From NCBI GenBank assembly GCA_051362555.1, contig CM120641.1:36834401-36898400 (forward strand): DNA of 64,000 nt. The letters are read 5' to 3'. This DNA is from Lingula anatina. Lineage: Eukaryota > Animalia > Brachiopoda. This document shows positions 1-12,500 of this stretch, piece after piece; positions within the stretch are counted from its first letter, which is position 1; every line of letters starts with the position of its first letter. A program made the translations under genes and the position numbers. The notes below the pieces were generated by a model that was not told the origin of the DNA, did not search any database, and saw only the letters and a program-made list of their open reading frames with translations.

Positions 1-343
1 GTGTAATATACTGGTATTGCTGTTAGTGTGTAACTGGAGCAAAAAGCTTTTATTGATAACATCTTTCTAGCGGTAATTTTTTAGATCCTTAAAAAGTACC
101 TTAAGGTCATTTGATTAACTTTACTGTCTGAGAAATGAGTATTTGATATCCACAAGAGAGCCATTCTATTCTCACTACATGAATACAGTAAATGGGTTTA
201 TGATAAATTACATGTAATGCAGTATGTTGTTTTTCATACTGTATAAAGCCTGTTCATACTAACAAAGTAGAATGGTTTCTGAAACTTTTTCTGGACAGTG
301 TGCACTGGAATTGATTGGAATACAGTAGTACTGGACACAAAAA

Positions 344-990
344 CAGGCCTACCCAACTACCAGCCTCGGCACCGAAGGATCCAAAATTCACCGGTAGATC
401 GGATCACGCTGCCTGTTTTCAAGGTGTGTATCAGTACACACGTCGAAGTATCAGACTCGGCACCCTCTTGCCTGATATGCGATGTGATAGCGATGATTCG
501 GAGTGGGGTTGGAAAGTAGTGCATCTCATCAAGATTTGTGCTACTGCTATTTTCTTTGTTTTATGTAATAAATCGAACAATAATGTGATTTTTTAACATA
601 AAGTTCAGGTTTGAACATAGCCAATAATGTTATGCAGTAGTAAGTGGGTTTAAAGTCTTGCGAAAATACAGATAGATGTGTATATCCTCGCTAAACTAGA
701 AAATCATCATAACAGTTAACATATAATCACTCGCTTTACTGTTAACGAAAAATTAATCATATGTTACTTACTGAGATTATTAAATTTTTTCACCAGCTAC
801 ACCTGTGTCCATATTGTTGTATTCTTACAACTCCTACTTGACCAAAAACGAGGCTTGATACCCGGATTACAGGTTGAGCTTGTGGTCATCGTACAAAATT
901 TCCTGGGGGAGGATACTGTGAAAAGCATAATGATACACATCTTGAAAACGGATAGCATTCAGTGCCGAGTCTGGTAGTTGGGTAGGCCTA
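344..990. mobile_element. Non-autonomous TIR DNA transposon (family A, long 647-bp member)
   Basis: Starts CAGGCCTACCCAACTACCAG and ends CTGGTAGTTGGGTAGGCCTA. Flanked by AAAAA (339-343 / 991-995). Same termini as the copies at 13084 and 20052 but a longer, different interior. Confidence 0.75.
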
Positions 991-1077
991 AAAAAGAGCA
1001 GATTGGTTAGCCTTACCCTTAGTGGTGGTGGGATGTGACAAAACATGTATAAATCAATATGAAAGCCTGGATAAACC

Positions 1078-1078
<1 letters not shown>

Positions 1079-1114
<36 letters not shown>
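1079..1114. repeat. (AC)n microsatellite
   Basis: Uninterrupted AC run. Confidence 0.95.
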
Positions 1115-1116
<2 letters not shown>

Positions 1117-2136
1117 CTGACTTGAAATGTTGTCACCAAATCTCTCGAAGATGTAGAAGCTATAAAAAGCTGTATGAAAAATTTATGGTTTATAAATCGA
1201 AAGAATAGCATCATCTTATTGCACATGTCATGAGATTGTTTTGATTTTAAATAAAAAAGAGCTGTTCACAATAAGGTTTAAAATATCTGTGAAGTAAACT
1301 TGTAACAATTAGCCCCCCAAAAATGGTGTATGATTGAAACCTAAAAGATGCATGTTTTTATGAACTCATGAACTCTCCATGTTTTTCTGAGTTTAGAAGT
1401 GTTTTCATTTTTTTTGTTCCATATAAATGGACATTTTGTATCAGTGAAATGGTTTGTGTGGTGCGAGGGGGGGGGGGTATCTCACCTTGTTTCTCTCTTT
1501 GTATATTTATCATATTTTTATAAGGAAGGATGGGGGTGTTCCCTCTGCCTTTGGTATTCCAGTTTCAGGAAGATGTTTGTAAAAATAGTATTTTGTCCTT
1601 TAGATGGTCTATGATGCTCTCTTTTAGGGACTTATAAGAGTTTTAGCAGGTCTCAAATTGCACTTTTACTGCTCTGCTGTATAGATTTAATATAAGCAAA
1701 TTATCAATTTAGGTGTCTCATATATGAGAGAATGTAAGTTTATCAAATGTGAATATGTACTTACAGTTATGCTATAATCCCATTTGTTGGAGTAATTTTG
1801 AACTTTTTGGGTAGAATTATAGCTATTGATGAAAAGCATGCTATGCTAATTGCCAATTACAGACTTTCTTGGATGCCTGGTGATGCCCCAGCTCTTCTAA
1901 GAGAGTCCTAATGTAGTTACTTCTCTAATTTGTAGGTAACAGCTACCGGTAGAATAGATTGAAAAACTGCATGGGTACATAGTTTTAGAGAATAGAATCT
2001 GTGGTCAACTCCATTTGATATATGCAATGAGTGATCCTATTTTTGAAGTATCAGAATTTCCTAGAAATATGTATTTATTCTATTTATAGAAGTAACTTGA
2101 TTCAAACAACACTGTTAAATTGTCATCCTGCTGAAA

Positions 2137-2263
2137 TTTTTACCTCCATCAAGGAGGTTATGTTTTTGTTCTGGTTAGTTAGTTAGTTAGTTAGTTAGTT
2201 TGTCTGTAAATAGCATAATGCTACAAGTCATGGATGGATTTTGATCGAAATTTTCATAAAAGG

Positions 2264-2298
<35 letters not shown>

Positions 2299-2590
2299 TG
2301 ATTAGATTTAGGTTATGATCCATTAATTAATGGTTAATTATTTGACTTTGTGGTGTTCTGCCTTCTCTGAGAGCTTTTCGCAAATAGACCAAGGAAAAAA
2401 TGATAAAATTTCAGGGGTGATACAGCTTATTTTGATGATGCAAACTCACAGACATTATTTATTTTTACACATTTTCACTGTATTCTTTATTGATGGATTG
2501 CATTTTTCATCCAAATTGGCATGCTGTGGCAAGAATTTAGGCCATTGGCACATACTTTTGGGTCAACTAACCAGTGATCCAACATAAGAT
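2137..2590 (+). mobile_element. Degenerate Helentron-associated (HINE/DINE-1-like) non-autonomous element; right end uncertain
   Basis: Begins TTTTTACCTCC-ATCAA-GGAGGTTATG (short 5' hairpin), then a (TTAG)n microsatellite at ~2176-2199 and (CA)n at 2265-2296. This layout is typical of the class. Confidence 0.5.
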
Positions 2591-5500
2591 ATGCTGATGA
2601 TTGGATCACTTGTGTGTCAGTATTGTCTGTCTATGGTGGTCCTTTGTTGGCTTGGTATAGCTTATGATGCATAGAGATCATGGCATTTCATCCCTTTTTC
2701 TTGGAAAGCTGTAGTATAGTTTATTGTGTCCTTTATGCGATCTAGGCACCAGATTTGTTCTGAGTGGAAAAAAATACATTGTGCATTGATCTTCTTTTTT
2801 AGTGTTAATATTGTGCTTTTAGATGCCCCAGCTTACAAGTATTTTGTTTTGAGAGCCTAGAAATAAGGAATCATGGGCAAGTGTTCAGAATAAAACAATC
2901 AATATTTTTTGTTGTCAGAGGCTGGAATCATCTCTGTATTTTCTAGCAATATGAGCGATGTGGCATTGAATTAGGTGCTTCTTTCAGTGAAGTTTTCTTT
3001 ATGTTCAAAAAGAAAGGCAAAAAATAACCATTATGTACAGATATTATGATTGGCAGGGGAGGAATTGAATTCTCCTCTGAATCTTTATAAAGTTGATTAG
3101 AGTTTTCTGAAAAAGACAGTTATTTTAGTGGAATTGGTGATTTGATTACTGAATTGTTTGGCAGACTGCAACCTGGATGAAAGACTGTCAACCAGAATAT
3201 TTGGATCTGATTGCATTTTGCAAGTGCTTTGGAAGAGTAGGCCACTGGATTGAAATTACATGTACAACTAGTTTTAATAAAGTTATGGCAGGCATTTTGG
3301 TGTTCTTGGCCTTTGGCATTTGCCGATTTGGCACATCAGTTTAGAACTCCTTATATGACGTATTGTGTGCAGTGAAGTAACAACTTGCAGACCCTTGATA
3401 TTTTCAATTTTTTTTTTTTTTTGAATGAAAGTTGCATTTGATGTCAGATTTTTGGCCACAAACCACGAATTAATACCACCAGATAGTTTCAATTAGCATA
3501 CATGTAACTTTAAGAAATATCAAAAGACATTCTTCATATTTCTTGAAAAATTATACTTGAACAGCTTTTTTTTGTCCTTCTTTCTGTGCTGTATGTAACC
3601 TTTGGTTGTTTTGCCGCAGCTATTGCACCTGCAACAGTAATGCGTTCTTCATTACTACGTCATTTGGCAAATTTTACGAACTGGAGGGACAGATAAATAG
3701 GTAAATTTTCTGACCAGAAAGGTCTTTTATCAATTTTTTATGGCTTATTGAGTGATTGATTTGGTTTATCCCTTGTTGACTTGATTTGAGTGGTGTATGG
3801 AAGAAGCTAGTAGAAGTGGTGTATATGCTTTATAGGGAGATACACTCCCTTCATATGTAACTTTTAGGTACAACTCTCACGATGAGAACTCATGTACTGT
3901 GTCAAGGCTAACATCTGCATACTGATAATATTTTAAAGATTTAATTGACAGATATGCTGATTTTGACATTAATTTTCATTCTTCATGAATTTTCTTGCTA
4001 TCTTACCCTGACTATTGAAATGGAAATAAAACACCTTTTTAGATATGTCATTTAGCCTGCAGATTGTGCATTGGCAGCTTTCCTTATGGAAAAAAAAGTA
4101 AGAAGATAAAGAAAACTAAATTTTCAGACAAATTTATGAAAATGAATCACTTACTGTTATTTACTGACATTTACTGCCTAATAAAGCAAAGAAAATACTC
4201 TAAAAACTTAATTATGCTTGTACTGGGGTCAGGTGAGAGAAAAAGCTGAAGCTAATGTTGAAAAATAAGTTTTTTTTCACTTATGTTAATCAAGTAGTAT
4301 TAAGGTTAGGCAATCTGATTCAATATATTGTATATTGAACATTCCTGGAATCTGAATTCAGTTTGCGCAATTTTCTTGTTAATTAGACAATTAAGAATAC
4401 AGTAATTACTCTATCTTTTCAATGGGCGAAAATTATCAAACTTTCAGATACATGGGCATTTGAAGTGCTTTTACTGCATTTAATAGAACTATAGATTGCC
4501 ATGTTTTTTAATTTTGTTGCTATCACTCAATTAGACCAAATAGGAATGTTCTAATTTTAAGAAATTATGACTTCAAAACACAGTATCTGTAAAATTCACA
4601 ACTTTTCCCTCATCGAAAAAAAAAAAGAGTAATTACCATATTTTTAGCATTTACATGTATATAACACGTCACTGTTCTGTAATTTTTCATAATATTTTAT
4701 ACAATTTTCGTTAGTGTGGCAGTTTGTTTTGAGTATCAGTTGGTTATATATATCAGGCATTTTTAATTGCTTAATAGCCTTTTTCTCGAAGCAATGATCT
4801 GCTGTTATGTCACGCCACGCCACACACCAGCAGATCCTGATTACAGCCAGCTGTATACAGTGCACATTGAAATGACTCATACCAGTGCTGAAAAACTACA
4901 ACCAGGCAGATGTCAGCTTGTAGCATGCTTTCATAAAACGATTGGCAGAGGAGGAGAAAGTCATTATTGGAAGAAAGACACAGTTACTGCCAACTGATTG
5001 ATTTCTCATTAACGCAATGAAATATTAAGCTTTGTTTCAGTATTTTCAGAAATTTTGTAAGTGGATTTGCGAGAAATGCAATTGTTTATCTGCTGGAGAA
5101 ACCTTATTTATTATGCTTATAGCTTAGACTAGGACTTGGGTTTGGAAGAGGGAATTTAATTGGTTTGTGTGTTGCTAGGATTACCCTGAAGAGGGTGGTA
5201 TACCTGAGGCACCTGTCAGGATTGTTGGCAAGTGTCTTATTAAGCAGGCAAACCTGATTATTTCCGCTCTTTTGAAGTTGGTTGGACTCATAAAGAAACC
5301 TAATAGGACACATCGGGTGCATTTTTTTTTCAATAATAATACAAAGTTGTATTATATTTTTAGAAAGAGATAATAGGTGTAACTAAGTGATAACAGTGAA
5401 GTGGATATGCCACTCACGTTATTATTGCTTTGAGATATTAGTACATAAAATGAAAGTGTCAAATTTTGATACATTAGTAGGTGAATTAGAATAAATGCAT

Positions 5501-6534
5501 AATAGTATACTTTCAAAATTTAAATAATGGATCAGATCAAAGCCGTCTTTGAAATCTAAAGATAAAAGATCTGCTTTGTATTAGAAAAATCAAAGGAATA
5601 CAAACAAAGGTTTTGAAAAGAATTTCAAACAACAAATTGATTGGCAGGAGAGCATGCCTTTTTTTTTTGTGGTGGGGGGCATAGCTGGTTTTGACAGATT
5701 AAAATGTAGATATGTATATATATAGTTACCAGATAAATATATTTCATAGTGCTAAGCTTTGCTGTAAGGTCCATACAAAAAAAAAAAAAAAGCACATAAT
5801 GGTGAAGGAAGTCTTTCATCTATGTTATTAATGATAAGTTGTGGGATAATAAGATAATGTTTAGATTATAGGTTATATTTACCATTTTGTTTCAGGTTTA
5901 TCTTAGAAGTACCGCAGGTCATCCATAAGTTGCCATTTACCCAAAGCTAATAAAGAACTGCATGGGTTATATATTTGTAGTCTTGGTAGATGTGTAGCTT
6001 CAGGGGGATGATAATTCAGTTGCTGTCGTCTGATTCTCTTTAGCTTTCACCTGGGTTGCCGTAGCTTCATGCCAGCATTTACTGAAACATTGATTGTGGA
6101 CGAAAGTGAGGCATGTTTCAAATTTTGCTCGTTTCCATCAGAAGTAGTCCATAAGTCATTAACGGGCTGTGTTCAGTGGTGCTTGGTTTGCATATAGTGT
6201 TCATCAGTAAACAGGAATTGAAAGGAAATCAACAAGCTGGGGCCTCATCACAAACACACCTGGTGGACACGCAATGCAGAATAATTGCTGTGCTGGCGGC
6301 AGGGAGATTTGTGGGGTAGAAAACTGAAAGAAATTAAGGAGGAGCTAATATGACTTGAGGTGTTTATGTGGCAGAAGGTGTGCTTTGCTTTGCTTTGGCT
6401 GCATACACAATTTTGTACTGAGCCTGGTGAAATCAGTACTTTTTACAGTGACGGTAGCAGTTTGTTGGATACCGAATCATAATACCATTATACTAACAAC
6501 TGATAGCTTCGCCATACTCAGATTGGCTCCAGAG

Positions 6535-9500
6535 ATGGATAGAATAAGTGTCGCAAGGACATTTTCATTTAAACGAAAGGGTAGTCATCGTAAAAATAAG
6601 GAAGAAGAAGTTGTGGAAGATACATTTGACTACTCTAAGTTAACTTTTCTAAGGTAAGAAATTATTTCATGTTGCACTTTAATGTCTGTTAATTGCTTGT
6701 AAGATGCAGCTATAACATGCATGACACTTGTTATTAGACTTGACGTATTTTATGAATCTTTGTCAGCATAATTTCACCCGTAACATATCCTGTAGGTTTT
6801 CCTATTAAATTGATACACATGAAAATCTTCAATAAAGTGATAATGGATGGAGACAATGTAGAGTTTTCAGGAAAGGCGTCGTGGATAATAATCTTTTCAT
6901 GAAACAGTGTTATTGGAGACACACGACAGTGCTGAATTGAAACATGTCAGCTGGGCAATCATTAACCCAGTCTCCTATTAATTCAATACTGGCTCTAGCC
7001 CTGTTGTAGAGTACTTAAGGATGTACTTCAGTGCTCATATCTCCTGCCATGTTAGCGGAAAGGTTTAAAGTAAGAGAAAGCGTGCATAATGGAAAGCCGC
7101 ATGGTTATTAGCATGACTTCTAATCTTGTATGGAGAACCTAAGATACGGATATTAAGTAGAAACATTTTGCCTTTCTTTACGTGGACGGTCTGAAATATG
7201 ATTGTCCATTTATATGTCTATCCCCAAGAGTTATCATAAGTATGAACTGTTTTCCAAACATGATATTTCCATTTTGAATGATACATATGTAATTTATGGC
7301 ATTATATACTGTAACACATACTGTTTATATGTGAAAAAGAAATTGCATTTATATCTCCTCAGTTTATACTGACTCAATCACTCAAACTTGACATGTAAGT
7401 AGCAATAAAGGACAAACACAGGTATGATGGTTGAAATTTAGCCAGTGAAGGTTGCATTTATTATTATGCTCCTCTGATAAAAGAAATGATATGGGTAGAT
7501 TACCAATTTTGAATATTGAATATTATTGAGAAATACCATTTATATGCCATGCTTGTGACTAAAAAATTACATTAACATATAATTTACAAACAAATAGTAC
7601 ATATATTTTAATTTGTTGAGTTGCAAAGATTCTCTTAATTTACATCTACTGTAGCTGTAGAGCTGGTCTTGTGGAAGCTAGAAAGAATTTTTTAACTTGG
7701 TGCTGTATGCTAGAACAGACAGAAGAAAATTGTCATTTTTCATCTATATTGCCATTTTAGCATCTGAATTGTCAGGAGATTAAGGAAAAAAGTTCCATCT
7801 GCATGTGTGTGTGTATTAAGAAGAGAGGCAGTTTGGATATATACGAGTACAAAAGTGGTGGATATGTGATAAAAAACAAAAAGAAAACAAGTAAATTGGA
7901 ACCAGATGTGTGACTTATGATGTATGCTTATGAAGATACAGATTAGATTTGTTATCTAAATAATTTGAAAATTGGAATAATCAGTGAATTAGTTCTCATT
8001 CCAAGAAACCAGCCCTTCGGTATAGGAAAAAAAATCAGTTTCCACATGTGGAATTGGTAAATTCCCTGATGAGTTAAGAGGGAAAAGGCATCAATTCTTG
8101 TCTTGCATCATTATCAATATTTTTCCCTAAGGTATGTGTATTTTTTTTTTTTTTTTGCCTTTTTAAATCCAATGGTGAGGTATTAGTATCTCTCCCATTA
8201 AACTTGCATATGATGCATACTTACCTACGTGTATCACCTCTATTGCCCTCAGATCTGGCATTTAAAGGTAGATTGTAAAAGTCCACAGATCAATGTCAAA
8301 AATAACCTTAAAGTTAATCTTTGACATGATCAGTTCTGGTTTACGGTTAAATACTAACTACTGCTCTAAAGTATGGAAAATTAGGAAATCGGGTCTGTTG
8401 GCCCTAAAGCCAGCAATTTTAATAGTATTCTGCAGAACCTATAATAATTTCATATAATGATAAATACATGTTTTTATAATAATATATGTCAGATGGTTAA
8501 GCAATTTTTCAGAAAGTCTGGACAGATGAACAATTGCAATGTTCACACAAAAGATTGACAGTAATTGTTCTATGTTCCAAATGTATGTTTTCTATTCACT
8601 CTGGCATTTCATTTTTTGAAAAATTGAAATTTCTCATTTGATATTTATTCCTTTCTAGGATTTTGTAATGATTTTATTACAGAGCAGTGTTTGAAATGAC
8701 AAATAGTTTTTTGTGTCTGGTTTTGTGGGGTTCAGTCATCTCAGGCTACCATGTAGAATTCATTCCATAAGATCAAACATTTTCTATTTTTAAAAAAAGC
8801 AGAATTGTCAGGTCTCTCTTATCAGCACAAAAAGGCAACAAAAACACACTTTTCACACATGCAACTTTACACCAAGTGGTGGTACTGTTAAAACGATGCC
8901 TTTACAAAAGTAATTAAAATAAAATATACATGCTTCTCACAGCACCATATAAGCTTTCCAGTGATTATCAACCCGAATGTCATTATTACATATGTATGCC
9001 AGATGTCAGTTCTGAGAATTTTTCCTCTCTCATGCACTATTGATAGAGAAGGTATTCAAATCAGGAAACACAAACACCTACTGACATGCACCTCAAACAT
9101 AAGAGAATGTCGATAAAAAAGTAATGAAGTTTATATATTTGACAAATCTCAGACTGATGGCCATCAAAGCGGCTTTATAGATCATAAAATAAAACTTAAT
9201 TTCCTTGCATGCTTCAGGGAGAAATCATTATCTGTAACCTTTATTTCGTTTCCTATAAAACAATGTAATATTTCCTGCTTTGCAACCCACCTACCCTTCG
9301 TCTGGGAAATTGGGTTTATCTGTCTGGCAACCCTTATGGGGCATGTGGTTAATGTTTATTATTTATAAATGGAGTCAAATGCACATGTGATTCTCATGGT
9401 TTTGTATCAGTATGTCATTTTGTATCATTTGGCATGACAACTATTTTATGGAAGCAAGATCAATCCTTGCATTGTGCTTAATCTATGGGGAGTGACTTAT

Positions 9501-12500
9501 AGTTTGCTCTACTTGTACCAGATTTTTTTTCATTATTCTTTGAAAATGTTTTTTTTTCCCCTGGAGTGTGGCAGATATAATCCAGCTACATTGTTTTGAT
9601 CAAAAACAACAACTACAGCAAAAAAAAAAGCCCATCATTTCATTTTAAAAAAAATCTTAACCCTTAACATGCTGTTAGACACAAGACAACATTATATAAT
9701 CTCTTTCACTTTTTCGCTTTTATTCAAATTTAACACTGCAGTGTTCTGCTGGGACCAAGCCTTTACTTAATATATTCTCCTTGAGGTGATCTGTCAGAAA
9801 GCATTTGCCACTGAAGTTTCAGTGAGCCTTTGCAGTGGGTTAAGTTTGATAAGTGCATTATAAATCATGCATAATTGCAGTTGTGCTTATTTAAGTGTAC
9901 CTATTATCAATTAAGAGTTGATTGCTGCACTTCCATCAGTGCATGCATTTTTGTGGTCTCAACCTATAATATAATTGATGTTTTAGTCAGATAAGTAGAT
10001 CCAATGTGAAAAAAAAAGTCTTGCCAACATTGTTTTGCCACCCTTTTTGCTTCACTCTCCATTTGTGTCCCTGTATTTTAACAAGTATTCTGGCTTAAAA
10101 GCTGCAGCTCCAGGCAGTGAAATTGTATACAGTGAATAAGTAGCAATAGATTATCCACTACCAGCATAATACTAAGTAAACTTTCGTAACCTGAACATAC
10201 TGTAAGAGGAGAATCTATCGATTGTGAAAATATACCGAGACTTAATTTCGCCTGACTTACCTGTTTCAAAACTGAAAATATTTTTTTTTACTTCCAACAG
10301 AAAAGTGTCAAGATAATTGTAAAATATTATCCCAGAGAGACCACATTAGACTTTTGCATTTCAGGTTTTTGTATTGATAATGAAATAAACTAAGCCTGAT
10401 GCCATATGTCTAATCACCATCTATCCCAGAGGAAGTGCCAGAAAAGAGCAAATTGGAAACAGTATTTGTCCTTTGCTCAATCCACCTGCAGTGTACTAGT
10501 GTTCAGTTACTGGTACATTCCAGGGCCCTCCTATTATTCCTGGCTCTTCAATATTTAAATAGTCCCACTGTTCAGTAGTGTAAATATCTATACTGTACAT
10601 TTTACCAGTGCATGCAGGTGCATAATGTAGTGTTCACAAATATAATTCCCAGAAATCTGACACGAACCATGGAATTTTGAATTGCGTTATCCACTGAGTA
10701 AGTCTAAAACGTAATGTCCTATTTCGAGCCCACGCTTGAATTAAGCGTTCAAAATTATATAAGTTTAGGACATTCATCAGATGTATATGTAAAAGGTACA
10801 TAACAATAAGTTGCAATAGATAATATTATTTAAATCACTAACATTTTTTTTAATTGAGAAAAAAAAACAGCAATGTCTGGAACTCATCCACAGTATGATA
10901 TACTATTTGTAGCAAACATCAAAGTCAGTTGAGTAGCTGTCTGATAGGTAAGAAAAGTGGATTTGCTTTTCACTATCAAGTGCCTCCCAAGCATAGAGGA
11001 CCTTCTCTTTAAAAAGCATTTCGTAAGGTAGTGACAAGGATGAAATGTAAACCTATATTTTTTTTCTGCCAGATTACTTTAAAATGTGCTTAGAAACCAT
11101 TGTAGGTTTAACAAAAAGAAATAAAAGACATGATGATTTTCATTCCATTATTTAGTTAATTCAGCCTTCTAAGTATTTCATGTTATGATCTTTATTGCCA
11201 ACAAAAATAAGTTGGTGAGAAAAATGAATCAGGTGTGTGTACAACTTCATGATAAGAATGAGGGGTAATAAGGTATAATTAAATACCCTGTCTTTCAGAG
11301 ACCTAAAACAATTTTCTGCTGCAGTTAATGGCCAACATAAGCTGTGTTGATGACAGTCACTATAGTCACCTGTTGTAACTCAGGGTACCTTTGATGAATA
11401 TTCCTCCATGCATCACAGCCGTGATCTTTCAGGAAAATAAGCTTTATGATACTAGCTGTCACATCTATTAATTTTGTTAATTATTTCAGAATTCAATACT
11501 TACAAGGTTAGCACAGATGGAATTTCATCCTTCCCCATAAATATCAATTCAGTAGATTATCTTATCAAAGCTAATTAGACTACTTATTTTTCAACTCTCC
11601 TACAATTATTCATATATCAGTGTTGAAAAATATTCATTTGACCCATAAATTTGTCAGCATGATTGCACATAATGATGTATAAACAAATTTGAAAATTAGA
11701 TTTTTAAAACTTTTCTCTAAATACTCTCTTTTTTCTCTATAAATTCTGTACTAATTCATTGAATTAAAAAAGATAAGGTTTAACACACACTATTTTTACT
11801 CCATATTTTATTTGTTATTTTAATAACATTAATTAACTTCTTATTTCCCCATTTTATTACTTTTTAGTCAAGAAGAAGCCCAAAACATAGACCAGGAACT
11901 TTTCACAGAATATGCATTCAGTGTGGACCAGTTGATGGAGCTGGCAGGGCTGAGTTGTGCCCATGTTGTTGCAAAGGTATGTGGTTACCTGTGCTTTTTT
12001 TTAAGGGAAACCTTTAAATATCACTTCCTGTTGACAAGGTGGGAGGGAATCTATGCGGTAGGGTGGAAAAATTTGATGTTCAATTTTTTTTTCTTAGTGA
12101 GCAGCAGTTGAGTTATTGCAGAAAATAATCTTATGAAAATATATACAATAGCGTCAATAACAGTCTTGTGGTTTCCTGGTGTCTCGTTTATTACTTGCGT
12201 CAAATGTTTATATTTGCGTTTAACTTAGTCAAGTGATTGAACTGCAATTCTTCCATCACGATATTCCCCTGTAATATGCAATGGCAAGGAATGACGTGAA
12301 TAGGGTGGGTGGCTGGTTCCTTGTAGACGTGATTTTCATATTATGGGAGGGATGCGAGATTTTTTATTTGTCAATGGAGTTGCACAGAAAATTGTTAAGT
12401 TTACAACTTCAACATCAATATAAATATTCTCAACAATTTGCTCAAGTCAAAATTGTCCCACCCCAGCCAGTCTGGAAAAAATTTTTTATAAAGTCTAAGT

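Noticed and set aside
298-596. Short ORFs resembling each other at 298-596, 13171-13459 and 19891-20130
   Set aside because: They are chance frames across copies of MITE family A.
8090-10950. Donor-like sites at ~8131 and ~10947 as alternative coding first exons of NAXE
   Set aside because: In the frames I checked, stops intervene between any ATG and the donor. They could only be non-coding exons, and nothing else supports that.
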